Assembly: GCA_043228905.1 (NCBI GenBank)
Contig: JBHGNT010000017.1
Location: forward strand, 2,356,001-2,420,000
Length of the DNA stretch: 64,000 nt
DNA from: Azolla caroliniana
Taxonomy: Eukaryota; Plantae; Polypodiophyta
Reading direction: 5' to 3'
Positions 36,292 to 47,013 of the stretch are shown here, one piece after another. Every line of letters starts with the position of its first letter. Position 1 is the stretch's first letter. Below the pieces are notes generated by a model. The model did no database searches and was not told where the DNA came from. It saw only the letters and a program-made list of their open reading frames with translations. Made by a program: the position numbers and the translations under genes.

Positions 36292-36630
36292 AATGGAGAG
36301 CTTGAGCTTACACAGTATACGTGGGAGAGACCAAGAGAGTGAGAGAGAAGACACAAGAACTATATTCCACAAAAGATCTCGATTCACTACTCTATACATA
36401 TGTGTGTTCCATGAACACTTTTATACAAGTCCTCGAAGGACTGACCGAAGTACTGACCGTACTTCAATGCTCTTTAAGAGCTCCTACACTAACTCCCAAA
36501 TATATTCCTCACGGAATATCTTTCCTAACGGCCTCCCGGTTTACGCACTCGGCCTAACCGATCGGTCCCAACCGATCCGGTCCTCGGCTTCTTCAGCCGA
36601 TCCGGCCGATGTTGAGCTTGTCTCTCAACA
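36230..36630 (-). mobile_element. Solo LTR related to the copia A LTR
   Basis: TG...CA ends; TSD AAATG at 36225-36229 and 36631-36635; removal restores KGYKCYNP; minus strand starts TGTTGAGAGACAAGCTCAAC. Confidence 0.92.
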
Positions 36631-38715
36631 AAATGCTACAACCCATCTACCCGGAAGGTTCGAACAAGTCGAGACATAGTCTTCGATGAATACGCATCCT
36701 GGTACGCACCAGAGAATACTTCGACTCCAACCCCGCTCGACGTAGATAACACTGAAATAGAAATAGAAGTTGAGGATCGGCTCACACAGATGTTAGAAGA
36801 CAACCCAATTATGACACGGCTGAGTGGGCCATCAAAGCCGTCGAGCGATGAAAGTATATCTCGGTTGAGTCCGAAGCTGGACAAAGGGAAGGCGAAAGTG
36901 TGGGAATATGAAGATCAGGAAGAGACCAAGATGCTTCACACTCTTGATAGTGAATTTGAAGATCTCGACATCCGAAATAAATGGAGCGAAGCAAGCCATA
37001 CTCCCCACGGATCAAGAGCTACGCCGATCCACACGTGAAAAGAACCCCATAAACCGTTACGGCTACGACGAGCACATGGTGTATCACTACGATTTTATGA
37101 TGAAAGTAGCGTCAGTACGGGAACCGGAAACGCTTTCCGAAGCCACAAAGGATCCACGATGGGTCGATGGGATGAATGAGGAGATGGAAGCTTTATGCAA
37201 AAACGAGACATGGGATCTCATTCCTCTCCCCCGAACAAGAAAGCGATTGGCTGCAGATGGATATACAAAGTAAAATACAATGCCGACGAATCCGTAAATT
37301 GCTTCAAAGCACGGCTCGTTGCCAAAGGCTATGCGCAAATGCACGGCACAGACTACGAAGAAACTTTTGCCCCGGTGGCAAAGATGACAACTGTATGGAC
37401 CGTAATTGCACTCGCCGCAGTGAAGGGATGGCACCTCCACTAGATGGACATGAAAAATGCTTTCCTCCAAGGAAAGGTAGAAAAGAGGTGTACATGATAC
37501 AACCACCCGGATTCGAATCGCGTAAACATCCGTACATCGTATACCGACTCAAGAAGCCACTCTATGGCCTCAAACAAGCACCGCGTGCTTGGCATTCGAA
37601 GATCATGCAGTATCTTGATCAAGTCAGATTTTGGATGTCAAAATCCCGCTATAAAAGGGGCAACCTTTGACTGCTTTAAGAGGGGGGCAGAGAGAGAGGA
37701 GAAAAGAAATAGAGAGGAGGGGAGACGAGGAGTCTGACGACGGAGCACTGGAAGGCGCTTCCCCTGCTCGCATCAGACACCCGAGCGCTCCCGACTAGGG
37801 GATTGACCTTCTACGTGTCGACACATATTTGTAACTAACTACTGCAGAGCCCTACACTCGATCACCGGCACTGATCCAGTTGTGATCACCCACAGCGCTA
37901 CGCGCATATTTTTGATTAATAGAAACTTACCTACCTAATGCAAGTTGTTCTTAGCATCTCTATTTGCACATGTGTCTAAACACGATCCTCTTATGCTATC
38001 TCTCTCATTTCGCTAACCTTCTTTGTTGAACCGCGGTCTCAAGCCTTACGTAAACCACAGACCCTTCCTCCTCATTTCTTGATTCCTTGGTTCAAGACCC
38101 CTGTGTTCCTGCCTAACTTCTACACATCCGCAAGGATTTCCTCGATATCTTTGGTGAACCCGACGTGAAGAGGGGCGTGGCAAAGGAATCTTAAAAAGAG
38201 AGGGAGTGAACTTGCAGAAGCAATGGCGGTGGCAGTAGACCGCCTGGTTAGTGCTCGCGAGGGCGCGAGTGCCCTCGACAGGGCCATAGAAGCAACGATT
38301 GACAAGATAGGCCAGTTCAGTGGGAAAGACGCCACGAGTTACTTAGTATCAGGAATAGTACTAAAGCATAGATGGAATTAGTACTAAGAAGAGAAGTACT
38401 ATTAGTACTAAGAGGACGGGACTGCGTAAGATTCCTAAGAGAGGAAGTGAGAAGAGGAGAGAGAGAGAGATAGCGAGGATGAGAGAGAGAGAAAGATGAT
38501 GACAACAGCTAATATATTATGTGAAAAGATAAGTACAAGCGGCTGAGAGGCTTAAGACTGGCGTTGAACCAATTTGGTTCAACATAATGCCTAGTGCCTT
38601 CTTTTATAGTGTTGTCAAGAGTAATCCTGAAACTTCTAGAATGTTCCAGAGAAATCTGGAATATACATTACTTTCTTATAATAAAACATAATAATATCCT
38701 ATGAATTACAATAGA

Positions 38716-38770
38716 TGGTGTGATGGTTAAGAGCTTGACCCATATACCATGAGGTCATGGGTTCGAGTCT
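38716..38770 (+). promoter_or_regulatory. tRNA-like A-box/B-box module in the chromovirus LTR, antisense to the element
   Basis: TGGTGTGATGG ... AGGTC ATGGG TTCGAGTC with 46 nt from the A-box T to the TTCGA T; homologous segment in all five chromovirus LTRs. Confidence 0.6.
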
Positions 38771-41312
38771 TGCCATATCATGACACTATCTCCCCCTTAA
38801 AGACGACGAGTGGAACGAGTCAGCGCTAATTGCGGACTGGGTTTGTCTGGATATTTTTGGTGGAAATCAGCAAGCAGATCCTGAGCATTGGCAACATGCT
38901 CGACGGGTTCCCAAGTGCGTTCGCTCGGACTATAACCAACCCAATCGACCAAATAATAAAGTTTGTTGCGAATAAGTTTGGAATCGAGGATGGTAGCAAC
39001 TTCATACTCCGGGCCGGCGTCCAACTCCAGCGGGGGCGGCAGTAGTGTAACACGATCGGGAATGGTGTTTGCTTTATAAGGTTCAAGAAGAGAACAATGG
39101 AAAACCGGATGTATCTGAAGCTGCGGAGGGAGATCAAGGCGGAATGTGACATCATTAACTTTACCCGTAGTACGGAAAGGACCGAGTCGTCGATAATCCA
39201 ACTTGTCGCACGGTCGAGTAGTCTTGATGTGACGACGTAAGAGCCATACTCGATCTCCGATGGCAAAAGAGGAGGGAAGCCGATGACGATCTGCGTAAGT
39301 CTTCTGTGTTTATTGAGCATGACGAAGATGAGTCGAGAGATCTATCTGGATCTTGCGTAGTCTCTCCAAATGATCCCCGGCACGAGGATTGGTAGGTAGC
39401 TCCGGGGTGTCGATCACTGACCAGCGAGGATGAGAACCGGTATAAGCGTAGAATGGGGAGACTCGAGTCGAGGAGTGAACAGCATTATTATGCGCAAACT
39501 CCGCAAAGTGGAGAATCTCGGCCCAATCGTCCTGTTGATAACTCAGGAAACACCGGAGATATTGCTCCAGCGTTTGGTTTGTTCGTTCTGCCTGCCCATC
39601 GGTCTGAGGATGGTAGCCAAAGGAGAGGTTGCAAGAGACCTTGAGCATCTTGAAGAGATGCTGCCAAAATTTGGAAACAAATTGCGGTCCTCAGTCACTG
39701 ATGATACTGTCTGGGAGGCCATGATGCCGAAATACCTCACGCATGACTAGGGCGGCGGTTTCCTCGCTAGTGATGGCCTTAGTACACGGAACAAAATGTG
39801 CCATCTTCGTATATCGATCGACGACGGTTAAGATAGCGTTGAACCCCTGCGAGACCGGCAGATCTGTGATAAAATCAAGACAAATAGACTGCCACGGCTT
39901 ACTTGGAATCAGTAAGGGATCCAACAAGCCATATGGATGGTGTCGTGGCATCTTTGCTCGGCAGCAAGCATCACAGGTCCGAACGTAGTCGTCGACAAAA
40001 CGGCGCATGTGGGGCCACCAAAAAGATCGATGCACTAGCTCCAACGTCTTAGTACTACCGAAATGTCCCGCCGTATGGGTGTCGTGACAATGCTGGACGA
40101 TTTGAAGGCAACAGGAGCAATCGGGGACATATACGCGCTTTTTAAAGAATAACAAACCATCATGATATTCGAATTGTCGGTAGTCAATACCTGGTTGTTG
40201 AGACTGAGAACAGGATGCCCGAGAAGTATCAATGTGCGCCAGGATGTCTTGAGCAAAACAATCCGTCTTCAAGTTTGCACGTATGTCATCGGTAATCCGT
40301 GAATCCATCGGGGTGTGAAAAATCCGCGTCGTGTGCAATCGTGTTGGTCCTAAGATTACTTGCTTTTGAATATCAAATGTTGGATCACCAGGACGAGGTG
40401 CAAGATATGAACGCCGTGATAGTGCATCTGCTTTTCCTTGCTGCTTCCCCGGTCGATATGTGATTTTGAAGTCGAAACGCGTGAGGAATTGCGCCCACCG
40501 AGCTTGCCGTCGATTTAGTACGCGAGCATTGTCGCGTTGTTACGCGTTGTCGAGTTATTACGCAAGTGCGTGTGGAAACGAGGCGGGACCGCGGGGGTCT
40601 CGAACCAAAGAGCAAGCGAGGGAGGAGAAAGAGAGAGAACCGGCTACGCAGGACCGGGAATACACAGGGACACGGCCCTTCAGCACGGAGAACGCGAACG
40701 AACACCGACACAGACAGATGCGAATGACTAAATATATATATCAAGAATGGCTAACACGACTACAACCCTCGATGGGGCACAGGTTGGTTACAACCGAGCA
40801 GGCCGGCGAACAGATGCCGATGCCTGTTCGCTTCGACGCACAAGGGGTAGCCGGTCGGAGGTGCTGCCGGAAGCACTCGGGCGTTCCTCGAAACAGCGCG
40901 AGCCTCCTCGGAACCCTGCACAGAAAGCTATGGAGCTCGAGAAGGAAGGAAACAGAGAGAGAAGCGTCCAGAAACGGTCCGGCAGCACTTCGTCCTCCCT
41001 GCCCCAGATACCCCGCAACAGCTCTTTCCTGCTCCTTATATAGGCCGACGAGCAGGCCGTCATGTCAGCTTTATTCCCTGTCCCTTTTGGACAGGGATTC
41101 GCTTCGTCCTTCACGCATCCGCGTAGTTACGCCGCCGACTCGTACGGTTCCTTCGCTCGCGCGCGCGACCGAAAAGACTGTTCGCGCGGTCTTTGTCTCC
41201 ACTTGTGTTAGGGTCCGTTCCCGCCGATTATCCTCCCAATTCGCTTCTATGTACAACTCGGAGCGTGCGCGCGTGAAGAACCGGTTCCCACGCCTTGGTG
41301 CGCCGATTCCGC

Positions 41313-44300
41313 CTATGGACGGTTTTCTTCACGACATCCGCCCCCACCTAACCGTGCATCCTCCGGTATGCACCAAGAGAGTTGGGACGGAGAAAACCGG
41401 CCCGTCTTCATTTCTTCGCCCGTCGGTTCTTCCTCGTTTTCGGATCTTTCGTCACTGCTGACTAGGAGAGCTGGGTCTGGCTCGTCGTCGTGTCGCTTCT
41501 TGAACGCTTTGATCCGCTTCCCCGCAACCGGTATCGCCATTCTCGTGCCGTCGAGTTCCGCCAGGTGATATGTCCCGTTGTCATTGGCGCTCCGTACCAC
41601 GTAAGGCCCGAACCACCTTCGCGCGAACTTCCGTGTAGCTCGGTGCTGGTTGTCGAGGCTGCTGTCGTAGACGAGCACCCAGTCACCTTCTTCGATTTTC
41701 TTCGGTCGGAGCCGGTGCGTTCGGTCGAACCGGGCTTTGTTCTTTGTCCTCGCCACCCGGAGCTTCTCCGCAGCCAGTGCCACGTCCTCCGGTCTCCGCT
41801 CGAGCTGTCGTATACGTGCGGCCAACAACTCTTCCCGGCTCATCTCGTCCCTCCAGTCGACCGTTGCCCACGAGGAGATCGTCCGTTCCATCGGCATGAT
41901 CGGCTTCTGGCCGAACATGAGCTCCGTCGGCATATACCCGGTTACCGAACTGTGCGTGGTCCGGTCTGCCCACAAAGCATAAGGTAGCAGCCCCGGCCAG
42001 TTACCGACTCGGCCTCTGCATGCCCGAACCAACGCCTTGACGATCGGTCCGTGTCCGCGCTCCACCTTTCCATTCGCCTCCGGATTGTACGCAGTGGTGA
42101 GCGAGAGCTTGACTCCAAGCCGGTCGAACAGCTCCGCGGCCTCTTCGGCGTCCAACTCCCCTCGGTCAGCCACGATCTTCCCGACGCACCCGTACCGGCA
42201 TATCACGTCTTCGATTAGGAACCGGCATACGGCCGCGGTCGTTTTGTTCGGAAGGGCCCGGCCTTCCACCTGGTTCGTCAGATCCTCCCGCGCTAGGACC
42301 AGGTACCGCATCTGTCCTATCCCCATTGGCATCGTCACCAGATCTACCATCCATTTGAAGTGGATGGTCGGAGGGTACGTGGGGTGAAGCTCGTCCCGAT
42401 GTCGGACTATGGAGTGCATCTGACAGCTCTCGCAAGTTGTCACGAACCGATGCACGTCCTGGTACTGCCCCGGCCACCAATACTTCCCCTTCAGTTTCTC
42501 GAACGTAGCCCATGTTCCCCGGTGTCCAGCCCAAGGGCTGTCGTGGTAGGCCGTCAGCAGCTCCTCCTGTTCTTCCTTCATCGCCACCACCCGGAGCGGA
42601 GCGCCGTCCCTCTTCTTCGGGTGCTTCCATAGATAGCCATCCCGCAGAAAGAACCGGTACGCTTTCTTCCGGATCCGGTTGGCCTCGTCCTTCGTCCATG
42701 ACGCATCGGGCGTCATTGTCTTCAAAAACCCACCGATCTGCAGCCACTCCCCGTCGTACTTGCTCGCGTCGAAGTCGTTAAGCGCCGGAGTGCTTGTTCC
42801 GTCGGTCGTTACATACGCAGTCTCGAAGAAATCCACGCCGACCTCTTCGTCCTCCGAAACCATGCCGCCCTCGTCATCGAATCTCGCCCTTGAAAGCATG
42901 TCGGCCATGGCGTTGTCTTTCCCGGAAATGTGTCGTATTTCCGGGTCCAGGGACTTGATGTACGCTATCCACCTGAGCATTGCCAGGTCCGGCGTCGCGC
43001 ATCCGGAAACCATGCCGAGAATTGGCATGCAATCCGTCTCTATGATTACCTCCGTCCCGATCAGATAGTCCTTGTCGGCCTTCACCGCCGAAACGATACC
43101 CCAGAGTTCGCGTTTAACCTGGGCGTATCCTCGCTGCCGTTCGCTGAGGACCTTCGCGCCGAATCGGATCGGAAACCGATTGCCGTCCTCGTCTCCTTGG
43201 TTGACGACCCACCCGATTCCGGTCGGACTCGTGTCAACCGTTATGTACACTGGGGTGCCTTTCCGGTAGACGGCCTTTCGGAGCGCCGGTGCTGCCGAAA
43301 GAGCCTCCTTCAGCTTCCGGACCGACTCCGTGTGCTTGTCTAGCCATTCGAATCTTCGCCCTTTCTTCAATAATCCGTACAGCGGCCCCGCGACGTGCGC
43401 GTAATGCGGGATCCATATGTGGTAGAAGGCGCATGCTCCCAAGAATCTTCGTACTTCCGTGACCGAGCTGCATTCAGGCTTCATCGCGGAGATGGCTTCT
43501 ATCTTTGCCGGGGACGGTTTCCGGCCATATGGTCCACATAAATGTCCGACCACCATGATTTCCGACTGCCCGAACGCTGACTTCTCCCCCGAGAAGGTGA
43601 GCCTCGCATCCTCTAGCCTTTGCAGCACCTTCTCGCAGTCGTCGATGTGCGTCACCACGAATCGCCGGCATCCGTCCGGCCCGATCGTCTCGTTCTTCTC
43701 TTCTACCGGGCATCCCTTGATCGGGATGTCTTCTAGAAACGGCATGGTGATGTCCGGGATGCAGTCCCTCAGCACCTTGTTCATTGCATTCACCATGTGG
43801 GCCACCGAGTTGGTCCCTCCTTGCGGCAGCGTACACATCCGCACTAGGCCGAGGGGAGTTCGCATCGTCGTAATGTCTCTGCTCTCCACGGCTAGCTGGA
43901 ACTGGTCGTACCCTGAGTATAGATCACCGACCGAGTAAATCGACCTTCCGGCGAAGGCCTCCGCGAACTCGTCTATGGTCGGTCCGATCCCTGCGTTCCG
44001 AATGGTCACCCTATTGACCGGTTGCAGGTCCTGAATGAAGCGCAATGATCCGTTTTTCTTTGGTACCGTAAACCACCGGTTCGAGTACGGGGCGCTCGAC
44101 GGCTCGAGAATGCCCATATCAACTTTCTGCTTCAACAGCTCCATCAACTTCGGGATGTGAGCTCTCGGAACCGGAATTGGCTTGAGATTCCACGGTACAT
44201 GCGGTACCGTGAATATCACCATCGGCTCTACGATCGTCGGGTCTACGCACCCGATTTCCTCCGGTGAGAATGCGAAGGCTTTCCCGTGCCTTCCGAGCAT

Positions 44301-44765
44301 CCTCCGAAATCGGTCTTCCTCCGTCGGTAGTAGGAACCCGCCCCCACCGATCTTCAGCTCGCGGAGCGTCTCGTTGGTGAAGGTGTGTCCTATGCAGGCC
44401 GGATCTCGTAAGCTGGGGTCCGATGCAACCCCTTTGATTCGGGATTCGCTGCCCTCCGGTAAGGGCGCCGCAACTGGCCTCACCTTCCGGTCCACAGTCT
44501 TGTACTTGGTGCTAACTCGGGCCGTCCGTTCCGACTCGAGCCATCGACCGAAGTCCGCGATGACTTCGTACATTTCTTCGGAACATACCGGTATCGTCCG
44601 GTCTTCGTTAAGGTCTTCTTCGACTACCTTCCCCAGCATTCCCAAGGTGTCGTCGAAGGAGACTGCCTCCACGGCTCCGTTGATTTCTTCGTCAGGGCCG
44701 AGAACTCCGCACGCTCGAAGTCTCCCCTCCGTCTTTGTTTTCTCTCGGCCGGCGATGCCGACCAT
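41313..44765 (-). CDS. pol: Pol RT-RH-IN of W1, no chromodomain, RT motif reads FLED
   Basis: LPQGGTNS; PFLEDIPIKG; TVDTS; ETDC; H..GH..CESC; VDL/ADRG/KVER; WFGPY. Confidence 0.9.
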   Translation of the reverse strand: MVGIAGREKTKTEGRLRACGVLGPDEEINGAVEAVSFDDTLGMLGKVVEEDLNEDRTIPVCSEEMYEVIADFGRWLESERTARVSTKYKTVDRKVRPVAAPLPEGSESRIKGVASDPSLRDPACIGHTFTNETLRELKIGGGGFLLPTEEDRFRRMLGRHGKAFAFSPEEIGCVDPTIVEPMVIFTVPHVPWNLKPIPVPRAHIPKLMELLKQKVDMGILEPSSAPYSNRWFTVPKKNGSLRFIQDLQPVNRVTIRNAGIGPTIDEFAEAFAGRSIYSVGDLYSGYDQFQLAVESRDITTMRTPLGLVRMCTLPQGGTNSVAHMVNAMNKVLRDCIPDITMPFLEDIPIKGCPVEEKNETIGPDGCRRFVVTHIDDCEKVLQRLEDARLTFSGEKSAFGQSEIMVVGHLCGPYGRKPSPAKIEAISAMKPECSSVTEVRRFLGACAFYHIWIPHYAHVAGPLYGLLKKGRRFEWLDKHTESVRKLKEALSAAPALRKAVYRKGTPVYITVDTSPTGIGWVVNQGDEDGNRFPIRFGAKVLSERQRGYAQVKRELWGIVSAVKADKDYLIGTEVIIETDCMPILGMVSGCATPDLAMLRWIAYIKSLDPEIRHISGKDNAMADMLSRARFDDEGGMVSEDEEVGVDFFETAYVTTDGTSTPALNDFDASKYDGEWLQIGGFLKTMTPDASWTKDEANRIRKKAYRFFLRDGYLWKHPKKRDGAPLRVVAMKEEQEELLTAYHDSPWAGHRGTWATFEKLKGKYWWPGQYQDVHRFVTTCESCQMHSIVRHRDELHPTYPPTIHFKWMVDLVTMPMGIGQMRYLVLAREDLTNQVEGRALPNKTTAAVCRFLIEDVICRYGCVGKIVADRGELDAEEAAELFDRLGVKLSLTTAYNPEANGKVERGHGPIVKALVRACRGRVGNWPGLLPYALWADRTTHSSVTGYMPTELMFGQKPIMPMERTISSWATVDWRDEMSREELLAARIRQLERRPEDVALAAEKLRVARTKNKARFDRTHRLRPKKIEEGDWVLVYDSSLDNQHRATRKFARRWFGPYVVRSANDNGTYHLAELDGTRMAIPVAGKRIKAFKKRHDDEPDPALLVSSDERSENEEEPTGEEMKTGRFSPSQLSWCIPEDARLGGGGCREENRP

Positions 44766-44799
44766 CGCACATGCTCCGCTGCCGGAGAAGCAAAATTTC

Positions 44800-47013
44800 C
44801 TACCTATTGTACACGGTTTTATCGTACAGATGTGGGGTTTTTCCGGAGCATCCGGACTGTCGCGGCCCCACGCCTTGGCAGTCCTCTCTAAAATCCTCTC
44901 GGCTTTCGGAACCGAGGGAGTCGCGGTTACGTTCGTGGTTTGGCCGTACCGTCAGAAACTGGACCGAATGGCGCCCGTCTTGGCTTTTGACCCTCGCGTA
45001 GGCCGAACCATTGTTCAGCACCTTGGTCTCCATTCGCGCCGCCGTGATGTACGGCTCTCCCAGTATGACCGGATGCGAAGACGTCTCCTGCACGAAGAAG
45101 TGCTGGTCAATCTCGACGTCGCCGATCTTGACTCGCACATTCGGACAGGCCCCGTGCAGTTCCTCGGTGGTGCGCGTTGCTGCCCTTATTTTCCACCCGT
45201 GCTTGGTGTTGATCGGCCATTTGCCCTTCTTATAGAAGTCCATGGACATCAAATTGATCTCCGATCCGTGGTCCACCAAAGCTATCACCGGTTCCTGGAC
45301 ATCGCCGATCTTCACCAGGGTTTCCGTGGTCGCTCGGGCCCAGTGTGGTCTCGAATAGTGGCTTTCCGCCCACTCGTCTCCCAGCGCCATGTCGTCTAGG
45401 TGCGTCGTCCGCACTTCCACCGGTCTTTCCGGTTCTGTCTCCGTTGACAGCCTCTTCCGTTTCACCAAGTCCACGATGGAGTCGTGGAACTCCTTCTTGG
45501 CGATTCCCAGCACCTCTCGTAACGACAGCTCCACCTTGCTGTCGAGGATCCGTTCCTCCAGGACCTTTCGTAAGTCCGTGGTCCTTTCTATCTCCGTCCC
45601 CAGACGGTACCCGCCCTTCTGGGGTTTATCTTGCGTACCGGCCCCGCCGGCTTCGTCCCGTCGTGGCCCGGACCGGGTCTCGTATCGTTGTGAGGGCCCG
45701 GTCGTCCCGGGTTTCCCCACCCGCTTCTCTTCTACCAGAGCCTCGTAGTTCCGGCAAGCGGCTTCCACGAAGCCCGTCTTTTCCTCGACCGGGTCGCCCC
45801 ACCCGGTCATCTCCCGTACCCGTTTCTCCGCACGGTCCGATTCCTCCTTTTTAAGCCCTGCACCGGCAAGGCCTTCTAGCATCGTCGGCCAGAATCCGGC
45901 TTTGCTTTCTTTTCGGGCCTCGCCGCCCCCGACTCGAATGCCGGCCGACGCCGAGTAGTGGACGGTTTCCGCGTGTCGGGCCGCCGCCTCTTCCATCAAC
46001 CCTTTCATACCACCTCGCCCGTCGTTTCGGCTCAGGGCCCTTCGGGTGTCGCTGGCATGCACCCGTCCTTCCCACAGGTACACCACCCTGTTCCTCAGCG
46101 CCTCCGCGAAGTCGCCGCAGTCCTTCCGAATGTGGCCGACTTCATCGCACCACATGCACCTGTTTCCTGCCGCCGGCCGTCGGTCACGAGCCGGTTCGCC
46201 TCCTTCCCTTCGGGCCTGCGCGATTTGGAGGTCCTTTATCGCCTTCGTCAATTCCTCCAGCGCCGCTCCTCCGGTTGAGCCTCTGACTACGCCGGCCGAA
46301 GCCGAACCAGTTTCCAACCACTCTCGGGTCTCTTCCTTTCGCACCTGTGGCGCTGGTTCGAGCTTCCTTGCTGCGATCGAGCCCGACCCGGTTGCCCCGT
46401 TATCCGCCCATTCTCGCCGTTTGTCGAAACGGCCACAGACCTTCCTGACAGCCGCCCAGTCGGTAGTGAGCCCGTCTTCGGTTTCCAGCAAGAGGCCCAC
46501 TTGCTCCCGATCCCGCTCGTCGACCGACTTGACAAACAGCAAGACCCGGCTCGTGTCCAGGATGGTTCGGTCGAGCGCCGAAAGGCGCGCAAAGTTTTCC
46601 TCAAACTCCCGGAGGAGTGCCGACGCGTTTCTTCCCTTCCCCGGGGACTCCACCCATTCCATGAACCTTCGCTTCGAAAGCCGGAGCGCGTCGTCCAGCC
46701 CGTATTTCTCTAGGAGCCGACCTTCGAACTCCTCCCAGGTACGGCTCTCCGTCCGCACCTCGAGCACCTCCGCATGGATGCTCGGCATCGCCACTCGGGG
46801 AAATCCGGCAAGACGCCTTTCTTCCGGAATGTCCCGCATCAGCATCTCTGCACCGTAGGACGCCAAATACCTCGTGGCATCCTTCCCATCGAACCGGCCG
46901 ATCGTGCCGACGACCGCCTCAATAGCTCTGTCGAGGGCACCGGTGCCCTCGCGCGCGTTTACAATCCGATCCACGGCCGAAGCCATGGCCTCTGCAAGAT
47001 CCGACCCCCTCAT
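44800..47013 (-). CDS. gag: Gag-protease of W1
   Basis: First ATG at 47013; CMWCDEVGHIRKDC knuckle; ALVDHGSEINLM protease site; VILGEPY. Confidence 0.88.
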   Translation of the reverse strand: MRGSDLAEAMASAVDRIVNAREGTGALDRAIEAVVGTIGRFDGKDATRYLASYGAEMLMRDIPEERRLAGFPRVAMPSIHAEVLEVRTESRTWEEFEGRLLEKYGLDDALRLSKRRFMEWVESPGKGRNASALLREFEENFARLSALDRTILDTSRVLLFVKSVDERDREQVGLLLETEDGLTTDWAAVRKVCGRFDKRREWADNGATGSGSIAARKLEPAPQVRKEETREWLETGSASAGVVRGSTGGAALEELTKAIKDLQIAQARREGGEPARDRRPAAGNRCMWCDEVGHIRKDCGDFAEALRNRVVYLWEGRVHASDTRRALSRNDGRGGMKGLMEEAAARHAETVHYSASAGIRVGGGEARKESKAGFWPTMLEGLAGAGLKKEESDRAEKRVREMTGWGDPVEEKTGFVEAACRNYEALVEEKRVGKPGTTGPSQRYETRSGPRRDEAGGAGTQDKPQKGGYRLGTEIERTTDLRKVLEERILDSKVELSLREVLGIAKKEFHDSIVDLVKRKRLSTETEPERPVEVRTTHLDDMALGDEWAESHYSRPHWARATTETLVKIGDVQEPVIALVDHGSEINLMSMDFYKKGKWPINTKHGWKIRAATRTTEELHGACPNVRVKIGDVEIDQHFFVQETSSHPVILGEPYITAARMETKVLNNGSAYARVKSQDGRHSVQFLTVRPNHERNRDSLGSESREDFREDCQGVGPRQSGCSGKTPHLYDKTVYNR

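Larger units (their letters stand above)
33216..37646 (+). mobile_element. Ty1/copia copy C, 3'-truncated and degenerate
   Basis: 5' LTR 33216-33523; PBS TGGTATCAGAGC at 33524; gag from ATG 33625; WFVDSGASNHMT; IN; RT breaks off at about 37646. Confidence 0.92.

Noticed and set aside
38709-38781. Functional tRNA gene in the LTR
   Set aside because: Acceptor, anticodon and T stems do not pair properly; kept only as a tRNA-derived promoter-like module.
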